This document shows, one piece after another, positions 37,878-47,778 of a stretch of 64,000 bases of DNA; within the stretch, counting starts at the first letter, position 1; each line of letters opens with the position of its first letter. Both the position numbers and the translations under genes were made by a program. Origin of the DNA: Candidatus Limihabitans stercoravium (GTDB taxonomy: Bacteria; Bacillota; Clostridia; Christensenellales; CAG-314); assembly GCA_018715495.1 (NCBI GenBank), contig DVLO01000008.1, positions 9,394 to 73,393 on the forward strand, written 5' to 3'. The notes under the pieces were generated by a model. It was not told where the DNA came from. It ran no database searches and saw only the letters and a list, made by a program, of their open reading frames with translations.

Positions 37878-40115
37878 ATGAAGAAAGTAAAGTTGCTCGT
37901 TGCGATGTTGCTTGTTCTCATCATGGCTGTGCCATTTGTTCTTACTGCTTGTAAGCCTTCGGGACAAGTTGACCTCAACGACGTTGTGGAGAGAACAGAC
38001 TATACGTCGGTATACGATAAGATCGGTTCTAAGGTTACCATTGATATGGTCGAAGAAGATTCTAAAGGTTTAGCCTACGCTACAGTTGACGGAGTTAAGT
38101 ACGAACTTGGTATGGACTTCCTGTCCATGGCAATGGTTTACAACACTTCCGTACCTGAAGGTAGTGAAGAGTACGAAACCAAGGAAGACGTCTACAACGA
38201 ATGGTGGAAGCTGTACATCCAGAGATGGAATATGCTTGTTCCCGAAGTTCCCTTGTATTCAAATATTTACTACGATGTTTACAACAAGGAAATTGAAGGG
38301 CTTGTAACAACTCCTTACTGGACACCATCTACGGCTATTGTAGGTGCTACAACTAAAGACTCCGCAGGCGTTGTAAACATGGGTGACGTCACAGACTTGT
38401 CCGGTTCTTTCCGTAACTCAAGTTTCGGTAAGGCTGCTCCTGGTGCAGCTGACCTTGCTGTACAAGAGTTGACAAGTGGTTACAGCACACTTTACACTGA
38501 TATGAACGGTGCTTTCCACTTTGCAGACGGATCTACAATCACCAATGAAGTCGCAGGTAAGCAGTATCAACTCAAATCAGCAGCAGTACTTGCTAAGGCT
38601 CCAGAAACTTCAACTGACGCTGAAGGTAACATCACATACAAACTTACCATCAATTCCGGATTGAAGTTCAGTGATGGTTCTGCAATCACTGCTAAAAACT
38701 ACGTTGCTTCCGTATTGGCATACAGCACAAAGGTTATGGAGGCTGCCGGCGGTAGTGCATCCTCAGGTATGTACTATGTGGGTTACGAAAAATTCAATGC
38801 AAACGTTACAGGCGGAGCAAGTGCGGTATTCTCTGGTATCAGATTGCTTAGCGACACTGAATTCTCTGTTACTATTTCTAAAGATTACGCAAACTATTAC
38901 TACGTAGACACATATGCAAGTTTCTCACCCGTTCATATGGATATGTACTTTAAGGGTGCGGACATTAAGGACGATGGTAATGGATGCTATATCACAGAAC
39001 CGTTTTATGCAAGCAGCGAAAAGGACGGAATCAAGACTTACGCAATGGCTGAAGTAATCAAGAGCAACATAAACAACACTGACGCTTCGGCAATTCCGTA
39101 TTCAGGTCCATATGTAGTTTCTAAGTATGATGCAAGCACTAAGACAGCAACTCTTACTAAGAACGAATACTATACAGGTGACCACCGTGGTAGTGCAGCT
39201 ATCCAGACAATCACATACAACAAGATTGTTTCTGAAACACAGTTGGATCAGCTGAAACAAGGTGAAATTGATATTCTTGCAGGTGTAACAGGTGCTACAG
39301 ATACAGAAGCTGCACTTGCTTTGACAAAGGGCGCAGATGCTAAATTTGCAGAAACTCACTATGACCGTGCAGGTTACGGTAAGTTGGCATTCGTTTCCGA
39401 CTTCGGACCTACAATGTTCAAGGAAGTAAGACAAGCTGTTATTTACACAATTAACCGTGAAAAGTTTGCTACAGACTTTACAGGCGGACACGGTGCTGTC
39501 GTTCACGGACCTTACTATACAGGATCTGCACAGTATCAGGCTGTAAAGGATGAAATCAAGTTGAGTACTTACAACCTCAGTGCAGAAAGTGCAATCAAGG
39601 TTCTTGAAGAGGGCGGCTGGATTTACAACGGCGAAGGCAAAGAATTCGATGCATCCAAGGACGCTGTACGTTACAAGAAGTTGAGCGGTTACGAATTGTC
39701 TTACGACAACCTGAACTTTGCATCTACAGACAACAAGTACAAGACAGTCAAGATTGATGGCGAATACTACATGCCATTGGTAATCAACTGGACAGGTACA
39801 CAACCCAACGAAGTTACAGACCTGCTGATTACAGCATGGCAAACTTCTAAGACTGCAACATCCGACATCGGTATGTACATCACTTACAAATCAGGTGAAC
39901 TCGACACAGCATTGTACGGTGACTATTACCAGATGGCAGAAAGTGGTTTCAATGGAACAGCTCGTTGCGGCGCTGTAAACTTTGCAACAGGATTTACAAG
40001 TTCTATTTACGACTACTCGTTCAACTGGACAATCAATCCTGACTTGTATGCACAGGGCTACAACATGAACATGTTCATGGACGAAGCAGACTTCTTCTCT
40101 AATTATTCCAAGTAA
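37878..40115 (+). CDS. oppA: Family-5 (OppA/DppA-type) substrate-binding lipoprotein, apparently circularly permuted
   Basis: Lipobox VLTAC; LKFSDGSAITAKNY, YSGPY, LKQGEID, VRQAV..INR motifs; first gene of oppBCDF operon. Confidence 0.85.
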   Translation: MKKVKLLVAMLLVLIMAVPFVLTACKPSGQVDLNDVVERTDYTSVYDKIGSKVTIDMVEEDSKGLAYATVDGVKYELGMDFLSMAMVYNTSVPEGSEEYETKEDVYNEWWKLYIQRWNMLVPEVPLYSNIYYDVYNKEIEGLVTTPYWTPSTAIVGATTKDSAGVVNMGDVTDLSGSFRNSSFGKAAPGAADLAVQELTSGYSTLYTDMNGAFHFADGSTITNEVAGKQYQLKSAAVLAKAPETSTDAEGNITYKLTINSGLKFSDGSAITAKNYVASVLAYSTKVMEAAGGSASSGMYYVGYEKFNANVTGGASAVFSGIRLLSDTEFSVTISKDYANYYYVDTYASFSPVHMDMYFKGADIKDDGNGCYITEPFYASSEKDGIKTYAMAEVIKSNINNTDASAIPYSGPYVVSKYDASTKTATLTKNEYYTGDHRGSAAIQTITYNKIVSETQLDQLKQGEIDILAGVTGATDTEAALALTKGADAKFAETHYDRAGYGKLAFVSDFGPTMFKEVRQAVIYTINREKFATDFTGGHGAVVHGPYYTGSAQYQAVKDEIKLSTYNLSAESAIKVLEEGGWIYNGEGKEFDASKDAVRYKKLSGYELSYDNLNFASTDNKYKTVKIDGEYYMPLVINWTGTQPNEVTDLLITAWQTSKTATSDIGMYITYKSGELDTALYGDYYQMAESGFNGTARCGAVNFATGFTSSIYDYSFNWTINPDLYAQGYNMNMFMDEADFFSNYSK

Positions 40116-40243
40116 TTAAGTGTGTTAAAGGTAGGGGCGACACCTTATGGCGTTGTCCCTACTGTTTGCGCACAGCAAGTTACAAAATAAGACAATTTGT
40201 ATCTCGCTGTGCGTAAATAAACTGATTTAAAACGGAGGACAGT

Positions 40244-41275
40244 ATGGCTAGATATATAATAAAGCGTATATTGTATATACTACTAGTGTTTATTATATTG
40301 TCGTTTTTGGTTTTCGCAATATACAACATGATACCTAACGACAAGGCAGCAGCACAGGCTCGTGCTGAAGTAGCCGCAAATAAAAATCTCAAATATGAAG
40401 AAAGATATTTGTATTGGCAGCGTACGTATGGGCTAGATGGTAATCTTTTTCAACGCTATTTTCGTTGGTTGGGACTTTATCCTTACACAGCAGTCGACGG
40501 TAGTGTGGGTGCCTTAAACGGAATGTTGCAGGGCAATCTGGGAAGTTCGATAGATAATGGCAGACCTGTTGCTGACTTAATCAAGGAACCAATGAAAAAC
40601 ACAATTTTCATGAACATATTTGCAACAGTTCTTGCTTTGGGAATTACAATTCCTTTGGGCATCTTCTGTGCTGTAAAGCGTGGTTCTAGGCGTGACGTTG
40701 TAGTGCAGATAGGAACAATTGTCGGTTACAGTATGCCTGTATTCATTGTTGCGATACTGTTCATATGGCTGTTTGCGGTAGTATTGGGGATTTTCCCCGT
40801 TTCGGGGATGGAAACACCTGGTAATAACTTTACGGGATTTCGTGCTTTTCTGGACAGAATGTACTACATGGCATTGCCTTTGATTGTAATGACATTCTGT
40901 TCGTTGGGCGGTATGACAAGATATGTCCGTGCATCCATGATTGAAGCGTTGTCTCTTGACTGCATCCGCACAGCACGTGCTAAAGGTGTCAAGGAATCGG
41001 TGGTTATTTACAGCCATGCTTGGCGTAATGCCTTGATTCCCATTGTAACACTGGTAATCGGTTGGTTCTTGAGCATTTTCTCAGGCTCAATCATGATTGA
41101 AAACATTTTCGCCTACAACGGTATCGGCAAGGTGTATTTTACAGCATTGCAAAATTCCGACAACGAAGTAGTTCTTGCACTGCAGATGTTCTACATCTTC
41201 ATTGCTTTGGCAGGCAACCTTGTAGTTGACCTTGCTTACGGATTTATTGATCCACGTATTCGTGTGTCTAAATAA
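40244..41275 (+). CDS. oppB: Peptide ABC transporter permease
   Basis: YIIKRIL, GNLGSS, RTARAKGV (EAA loop), HAWRNA, DPRIR. Confidence 0.92.
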   Translation: MARYIIKRILYILLVFIILSFLVFAIYNMIPNDKAAAQARAEVAANKNLKYEERYLYWQRTYGLDGNLFQRYFRWLGLYPYTAVDGSVGALNGMLQGNLGSSIDNGRPVADLIKEPMKNTIFMNIFATVLALGITIPLGIFCAVKRGSRRDVVVQIGTIVGYSMPVFIVAILFIWLFAVVLGIFPVSGMETPGNNFTGFRAFLDRMYYMALPLIVMTFCSLGGMTRYVRASMIEALSLDCIRTARAKGVKESVVIYSHAWRNALIPIVTLVIGWFLSIFSGSIMIENIFAYNGIGKVYFTALQNSDNEVVLALQMFYIFIALAGNLVVDLAYGFIDPRIRVSK

Positions 41276-41289
41276 GGAGGTGACAACAC

Positions 41290-43329
41290 ATGTCAGATAA
41301 AAAGTTAAATAATATTGACGAATCTAATGTTGTTGTCGATCAGGAACAGACAGCGGACAACAACGAAGTTCAGGCTGAACAGACTGAACTTCAAAAAAAG
41401 AACTTCTTTGCTTCAGTCGGATCGGGCATTGCTAATATCGGCAAGACTGTTTGGCGCTGGATCAAGCGTGCTTTCATGGGTTCACACAAAGAGTTGACTG
41501 AAACGGAAAAATTTAATGTAGAAAACATCGAAAGTCCATTGAAACAGATGACTAAGGAATTCTTCCGACGCAAGATTGCAGTTGTTGCATTGGTAGTGCT
41601 TGTGTGTATGTTTGCATTTGTGTTTATCGGACCATTGTTTGTTCCGATGGATGTAAATTACACGGATACATTGCAACAAAATATTGCCCCCAATTACACA
41701 ATGATGAAAGTGCCTAATGCATTGAAAAATGATATTAAGTCAATTTCAAGTTTTTCAAACTTCTCAGTTGGGTTGAGCAACAGTGGTAAGATGTACATCT
41801 GGGGAGACACTAAACTAAGATTGGCTGGTGTAGATCTTGCAGATTTTCCTGAGGAAATAAAGGATGACAATGTTGCTTTTGTTTCTGCGGGCAAAGATCA
41901 CATTGTTGCAATCACCAAGGAAGGTAAAGTAGTTGCTTGGGGTGCTAACAGTAACGGACAGTACGGCCACACAACAGCAATAGGTGCGGTTGAGATGCCG
42001 GAAGAGCTCATTAGCGGCACTATAGATCCATCGCAGGTTTCTCAGTTGGTTTGTGGATATCAGGTAACTGCGATTGTAATGAAAGACGGTTCGGTTTATG
42101 TTTGGGGTAACGGAGGTACAGTAAAAAATCTTGCTGAAATCGCCCAAATGACTAACGTTGCTAAAATTGAATTCAGTACTGCAACAGCGATGGCCATTCT
42201 TAAAGATGGTACATTCACCACTGGAAGTAAAGATTATTTTACAAGCGTAGTGTCTTCTGTGAATGGCACTTCCAGTAGTTTGTCCGGTTATTTGAATGGA
42301 CGTGAAGTAATAGATGTTGTGGCGGCAGACTATTCGATTGCTTTGCTGCTTGACGGCAACGAACTTGTAATGTCTGGTGTTTTTGAAAACAATGAAGACA
42401 AGATCCCGCAATTGCCCGAAGGAGAGTATTTCACTCAAATTGATGCTGGAACAAGGCATTATGTGGGTGTTACAAATAAAGGTAATTGTTACGGTTGGGG
42501 ACACAGTTTCTACGGTCAGGCTGGATTCGATCCGGATAGTGGTGCATCCAAGGTTTTTGCCGGTGCAATGCAGACTTATGTGGTAAACGAAAGTGATGAT
42601 TTGATCGCAACTCATGGGCTCAAGGGCTACTTGATGGGCACTGACGGTTCCGGAAGAGATATATTCACACGTATAGTACATGGTGGTAAGATGACAATGA
42701 CAGTCGGTGCTGTAGCCGTTATCGTATCCTCCATCATTGCTATAATCATTGGATGCTTGTCCGGCTACTTTGGCGGTTGGGTAGATATGTTGTTGATGCG
42801 TATAACTGAAATTTTTGCATCAATTCCATTCCTTCCTTTCGCAATGATGCTTTCACTGGTAATCAGAAACTACCCTGTTGACGAAACAACTAGAATTGTA
42901 ATCATCATGGTTATGCTGGGATTGTTGAGTTGGACGGGGCTTGCCCGTATGATAAGAGGTCAGGTTCTTGCCGAACGTGAAAAAGAATTTGTAATTGCCG
43001 CCAAGGCTATGGGTATAAAAGAAAATAGAATCGCATTTAAACATATTCTTCCCAATGTAATTTCGGTAATTTTGGTAAGTATGACACTGTCCTTTGCAGG
43101 ATGTCTGTTAACAGAATCTTCGCTGTCGTACCTTGGATTCGGCGTTCAGCAACCACAACCTACCTGGGGTAATATGTTAAACGGTGCAAACAATAGTATT
43201 GTTATTCAAAATTATTGGTGGCAATGGCTTTTCCCCGCTCTATTTTTGGCGATTGCAACGATATCTATCAATATTATAGGTGATACGTTGCGTGATGTAC
43301 TGGATCCCAAGAGTTCGTTGGATAAGTAA
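41290..43329 (+). CDS. oppC: Peptide ABC transporter permease with inserted RCC1-like repeats
   Basis: MGTDGSGRD, SGYFGGWVD, AAKAMG, KHILPN, PTWGNML, LRDVLDP. Confidence 0.92.
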   Translation: MSDKKLNNIDESNVVVDQEQTADNNEVQAEQTELQKKNFFASVGSGIANIGKTVWRWIKRAFMGSHKELTETEKFNVENIESPLKQMTKEFFRRKIAVVALVVLVCMFAFVFIGPLFVPMDVNYTDTLQQNIAPNYTMMKVPNALKNDIKSISSFSNFSVGLSNSGKMYIWGDTKLRLAGVDLADFPEEIKDDNVAFVSAGKDHIVAITKEGKVVAWGANSNGQYGHTTAIGAVEMPEELISGTIDPSQVSQLVCGYQVTAIVMKDGSVYVWGNGGTVKNLAEIAQMTNVAKIEFSTATAMAILKDGTFTTGSKDYFTSVVSSVNGTSSSLSGYLNGREVIDVVAADYSIALLLDGNELVMSGVFENNEDKIPQLPEGEYFTQIDAGTRHYVGVTNKGNCYGWGHSFYGQAGFDPDSGASKVFAGAMQTYVVNESDDLIATHGLKGYLMGTDGSGRDIFTRIVHGGKMTMTVGAVAVIVSSIIAIIIGCLSGYFGGWVDMLLMRITEIFASIPFLPFAMMLSLVIRNYPVDETTRIVIIMVMLGLLSWTGLARMIRGQVLAEREKEFVIAAKAMGIKENRIAFKHILPNVISVILVSMTLSFAGCLLTESSLSYLGFGVQQPQPTWGNMLNGANNSIVIQNYWWQWLFPALFLAIATISINIIGDTLRDVLDPKSSLDK

Positions 43330-43340
43330 GGAGGTATAAA

Positions 43341-44453
43341 ATGGCATTACTAGAAGTAAAAAATCTTCATACTTATTTTGAAACTCGTAAGGGTACCGTC
43401 AAGGCGGTAAACGACGTATCGTATACCGTCGAACCGGGCAGAACGCTTGGTGTTGTGGGCGAAAGCGGTAGCGGTAAGTCGGTATCGGCAATGAGCATAT
43501 TGCAACTGCTGGATGGCAACGGCTACATTGCAGGCGGAGAAATACTGTTCAACATCGAAAAGGATGGTGAGCAACACATAGTTGATCTTACTAAGTTAAA
43601 GGCAGAAACCAAGGAAAAACATCACGGTAAGAAACAACAGCCTTCCGATGAAAACACAGATACTGCAGGTCTTAGCATGTATGACATCAGAGGAAATTAC
43701 ATTTCGGTAATTTTCCAGGAACCCATGACAAGTTTGAATCCGGTGTTTACAATTTCCAGACAGTTGAGTGAACCTTTTATCATTCACCAGCACCTCAGCA
43801 AAAAAGAGGCTGCCAAGAAAGCTGTCGAGATGCTTGCGGCAGTACAAATTCCCAACCCCGAAGAGGTTGCAAGACAGTATCCTCACCAACTTTCGGGTGG
43901 TATGCGTCAGCGTGTCATGATTGCAATGGCGCTGGCTTGTAAGCCAAAGATCCTGATTGCGGATGAACCTACAACAGCTTTGGACGTTACTATACAGGCG
44001 CAGATATTGCACCTGATGAATGAGTTGCAACGTGAAAACGGCACATCAATCATCTTCATTACTCACGACCTGGGCGTAATCAATCAGATGGCGGACGACG
44101 TAGTTGTAATGTACTGCGGGCAGGTTGTGGAAAAGGCCCCTGCAAGAGTTATTTTCTCCAATTGTAAGGTGAGTCACCCTTATACCGAAGGTCTGATGTA
44201 TTCTATTCCACGTATAGACAACATTACAGACAGGCTTGAACCTATTCCTGGAACTGTACCTCACCCGTTGGCACTGCCTAAGGGATGTAAATTTGCTCCC
44301 CGTTGTAAGTATTGCACGAAAAAGTGTATGGAAGAGGAACCCACATTGCAAGAGGTTGCACCAAATCAATTGGTAAGATGTTTTTATCCCGACAAGGAGG
44401 TGAGGAAGAGTGAACAACACAAGAAAGAAGTTGTTATCAATAAAGAATCTTAA
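43341..44453 (+). CDS. oppD: Peptide ABC transporter ATPase
   Basis: GESGSGKS, IFQEPMTSLNP, LSGGMRQR, ADEPTTALD, C-terminal Cys cluster GCKFAPRC. Confidence 0.93.
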   Translation: MALLEVKNLHTYFETRKGTVKAVNDVSYTVEPGRTLGVVGESGSGKSVSAMSILQLLDGNGYIAGGEILFNIEKDGEQHIVDLTKLKAETKEKHHGKKQQPSDENTDTAGLSMYDIRGNYISVIFQEPMTSLNPVFTISRQLSEPFIIHQHLSKKEAAKKAVEMLAAVQIPNPEEVARQYPHQLSGGMRQRVMIAMALACKPKILIADEPTTALDVTIQAQILHLMNELQRENGTSIIFITHDLGVINQMADDVVVMYCGQVVEKAPARVIFSNCKVSHPYTEGLMYSIPRIDNITDRLEPIPGTVPHPLALPKGCKFAPRCKYCTKKCMEEEPTLQEVAPNQLVRCFYPDKEVRKSEQHKKEVVINKES

Positions 44454-46041
44454 AAAATACTTCCCTATCGCCAAGTCGAGTATTTTTCAGAAAGAACAAC
44501 TGTATGTAAGAGCGAATGAAGACGTTTCGTTTGACGTTTATGAAGGTGAAACAATTGGTATTGTAGGCGAATCGGGATGTGGTAAGTCTACTTTGGGACG
44601 TGTAATACTTCAACTTTATGAACAAACTGCCGGAAGTACGATGTATTACGGTAGAAGCCGTTCGGACTTTGCTCCTAAATATGTGGAACGTACTTTGAAA
44701 AATTCCAAGAAATACATTGAGAAGTACAACAAAGCACGTTTGAAAGCTGAGGAAGCGGAAAAGAAATGCGAAGAATTGGGTGAAAATGCTACATTCTTCC
44801 AATTGCAGGACAAGAACCTTGCGGTGGCTGAAATGAACACTGCGTTGCACAATGTGGCTTCCGTACTTGGTGGTTTCATGGGACTTGATGATCCCACGCA
44901 GGGAGCGGATTTGTTGCTTCGCAGACACAGGGTTCACGTTAAGGTTGCGCAGATCAAACACAAGCTCAATTCATTAGCTACCGAATTGGATATGCTTGAA
45001 GGTAAAATCAAGGCGGAACAAGAAAAACCCGAAAGTAAAAAACTTAAAGGCTTGCAAACGGCTTTGGCAAAAACAAAAGAAAAAGAAGCTCTTTTGAATG
45101 CAGAATTGGAAAAGTCTCAGTCTGAACGTGCTGTCTTGCGTGAAGAACTTGCAAATGCCCTTGAAAAATATAAGGACAACGACCAGTTCCAATATTACCA
45201 ACAGTTTGTCGACACGGGTATTGACCTTGCCCGTCTGACATACAATGAAATGCGTTTGTTGCGTAGAGACTTGCAGATCATTTTCCAGGATCCTTATTCT
45301 TCGCTCAATCCACGTATGACAATCGGTCAGATCATTGAAGAAGGCCTTGTTACTCACAAGTTTTACAAGCACGGATCTGAAAGTATGAAACAGTACATTT
45401 TGAAAGTAATGAATGACTGTGGATTGCAGGATTACATGATCCACCGTTATCCTCACCAATTCAGTGGCGGACAACGTCAGCGTATCTGTATTGCTCGTGC
45501 ATTGGCTGTAAAACCCAAGTTTGTTGTTTGTGACGAATGTGTTTCGGCATTGGACGTTTCAATTCAGTCGCAGATCATCAACCTGTTGTTGGAACTGAAG
45601 GAACGTGAAGGGCTGACATACCTGTTTATTTCGCACGACTTGTCGGTAGTGCGCTATATCTCCGACAGAATTTGTGTAATGTATCTTGGTAACATCGTGG
45701 AATTTGCCGACGCTAAAACGTTGTTCGAAGATCCACGCCATCCTTATACATTGGCATTGTTGTCAAGTATTCCTACAACCGATCCCGACGGGCTTAACAA
45801 GGAAAGTATCCTGTTGGAAGGAAATATCCCAAGCCCAATTCGTCCTCCTCAAGGTTGTAAGTTCCACACACGTTGCTACATGGCTACCGAACAGTGTAAA
45901 CGTGTACCGCCTCCATTGGTTGATCTTGGCGACGGTCACTTGGTCGCTTGTCACAATTGTGCAAGAAAGATAGATGAGAATGGAAATTACTTGTTTAAAG
46001 TTCCATCTACCAGAAAGAATTCTAAATCAGAGGTAAAGTGA
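44410..46041 (+). CDS. oppF: Peptide ABC transporter ATPase with long helical insertion
   Basis: GESGCGKS, IFQDPYSSLNP, FSGGQRQR, CDECVSALD, GCKFHTRC. Confidence 0.92.
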   Translation: MNNTRKKLLSIKNLKKYFPIAKSSIFQKEQLYVRANEDVSFDVYEGETIGIVGESGCGKSTLGRVILQLYEQTAGSTMYYGRSRSDFAPKYVERTLKNSKKYIEKYNKARLKAEEAEKKCEELGENATFFQLQDKNLAVAEMNTALHNVASVLGGFMGLDDPTQGADLLLRRHRVHVKVAQIKHKLNSLATELDMLEGKIKAEQEKPESKKLKGLQTALAKTKEKEALLNAELEKSQSERAVLREELANALEKYKDNDQFQYYQQFVDTGIDLARLTYNEMRLLRRDLQIIFQDPYSSLNPRMTIGQIIEEGLVTHKFYKHGSESMKQYILKVMNDCGLQDYMIHRYPHQFSGGQRQRICIARALAVKPKFVVCDECVSALDVSIQSQIINLLLELKEREGLTYLFISHDLSVVRYISDRICVMYLGNIVEFADAKTLFEDPRHPYTLALLSSIPTTDPDGLNKESILLEGNIPSPIRPPQGCKFHTRCYMATEQCKRVPPPLVDLGDGHLVACHNCARKIDENGNYLFKVPSTRKNSKSEVK

Positions 46042-46042
46042 A

Positions 46043-46246
46043 ATGCTGCGTTGGTGGAAGCATCTCAAAAAATTAGATAAAGAGGAATACGAACAATACA
46101 AGGAACAGATAGATAAAGAAAATTTGACTGCTAAAGATAAATTCAGTATGATTCTGTCTGCGTTTTTGGTGATTGTTTTGCCTGTTTCTCTTGGTTTGAT
46201 TGGTTTTGGGGTGTTGATACTGGCACTGTTTGGAGCATTTGGCTAA
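46043..46246 (+). CDS. Small membrane protein at end of opp operon
   Basis: ATG 1 nt after oppF stop, RBS GAGGT, charged N-terminus + hydrophobic C-terminus. Confidence 0.65.
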   Translation: MLRWWKHLKKLDKEEYEQYKEQIDKENLTAKDKFSMILSAFLVIVLPVSLGLIGFGVLILALFGAFG

Positions 46247-46299
46247 TAAATTTTGACCCCATTAAGGTGTGATTTCGCTTTGCGAAATTGCACGTGAAG

Positions 46300-46332
46300 A
46301 CCCCCTTGGAAATCCAAGGGGGTTTAATTTTT
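46300..46332 (+). terminator. Terminator of opp operon
   Basis: ACCCCCTTGGA-AA-TCCAAGGGGGT + T-rich tail. Confidence 0.8.
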
Positions 46333-46586
46333 GCGTTTATTTAAAACGTTGCGAAGGATTTGTTCTGACGTTTTTGGAAATTTTGACTTAATTCAAGTCG
46401 GTAATTGAATGTGTTGTAACCGGCAAGTGGTTTTCCTGTGTAGAGATAACTGTTCGACAACAAACGGTGTGGGATAAGCGGTGTGTCAATGGCGCAACGC
46501 AATCCCATTGTTGTGCAACCAGAATGTTTTCGGGTGCCATCCCGATTAGATTAACTTTATTTGTAAAGTTTAGTGTGTTTCCAATC

Positions 46587-46808
46587 TCATGATTTCAAGG
46601 TGATCAGCACGGCAACCGCAATTACAAGCAACACTACAAACAGAATGTTTCGTATTTTAGTGCGTGACTTTGCGTCCCCTTCGGTGTATCCCCTTGGAGT
46701 CAGTTCCCCTTTGCAGTGCGGACATTGTGTGAAGTGGTCAAGCACTTCTTTGCCGCAATGCGGACAGTTTACAAGATGTCTTTCAAGATTGGATTTTCTC
46801 ATGTTCAT
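46587..46808 (-). CDS. Small Zn-ribbon protein with C-terminal TM helix
   Basis: CPHC..CPHC, hydrophobic C-terminus, RBS GAGGTG. Confidence 0.7.
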   Translation of the reverse strand: MNMRKSNLERHLVNCPHCGKEVLDHFTQCPHCKGELTPRGYTEGDAKSRTKIRNILFVVLLVIAVAVLITLKS

Positions 46809-47143
46809 TCACCTCATTGCCATTTTATCATTTCTCCGTAACTTTGGCAATAACTGTCGGTAAAGTTGTGGGTGAATTGTATTTTGTGTAATTATTTTTG
46901 GTTAAAATCTTTGTTGCTGTTGCGATTTATCTAAAGGACAACAAAGTGATGTGCTGTTTCCATTGGTTGTTTACTTATTATCATTGTTCTTCAATGTGTA
47001 AGCAATTTGCTGTAATTGATGTGGTAAGTAAAGCGTATTTGTTTGTTATCGTTAACTTCAAGTAGAAATTTCTTATTTCCAATAGATACGTTTTTAGCAT
47101 TGTCAGTGTTTAGGACAGTGGTGTGAAAAACTGTAAAGAGGTT

Positions 47144-47583
47144 ATTCCTTATTATATATAGATATACTCCTTTGTTGTATGTAACGGCGTGTCGGTTGTC
47201 TTGTGGTTGGTTGCGTTTGTTTGTTGTCGGTTAGTGGTGGTGGAAAATCTTCCCCATATGCGTAAACTACATTATGGGTTGCGCTGTCTGTGTAACAGTG
47301 TTGTGAAGATGGTGTGTAGCCGTTATTTGATATATAAAGATATCGTTTGTTTCGTTGTTTTGCGTTGGCGTTGCTGTTGCGCATCTGATTGTATCGCATC
47401 TGTTTGTGGTTGGGAGTTTGTTTCGGCTGTTTTGTATCTTGTTAAAAGTGCATTTTTTATTGTAGGTAGTGGTCGGTGGAAATTCCTTATTTATATATAG
47501 ATATACTTTATACGCTATCGTGGAAGTTAGTTTGACGGTGGTGTGTCAATTGAAAGGTAAGCCATTCCTTATTATATATAGAT
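47144..47583 (+). repeat. Dispersed direct repeat ATTCCTTATT(T)ATATATAGAT, three copies
   Basis: Copies at 47144, 47482, 47564. Confidence 0.85.
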
Positions 47584-47778
47584 GTGTTCCACTGTCTTCG
47601 TAGTCGTTAAGTGTGTCGTGAGTGTGTCAGTGCTGTTGTGCATGCGGTTTTTCAATGGTTTGCTTTCGGCGTCGGGATAACAAAAAAACGGGAAAATGCC
47701 CCTCTGACACAAACTCTTGACAAAAAAGTCCACTCTAAAAAAATATTCAATTTGTGCCAAAAAAATGTCAAAAAATAT

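Noticed and set aside
47144-47583. dif site or replication origin
   Set aside because: The conserved XerD arm (TTATGTAAA) is missing, there are multiple copies, and no cluster of DnaA boxes (TTATCCACA) was seen.
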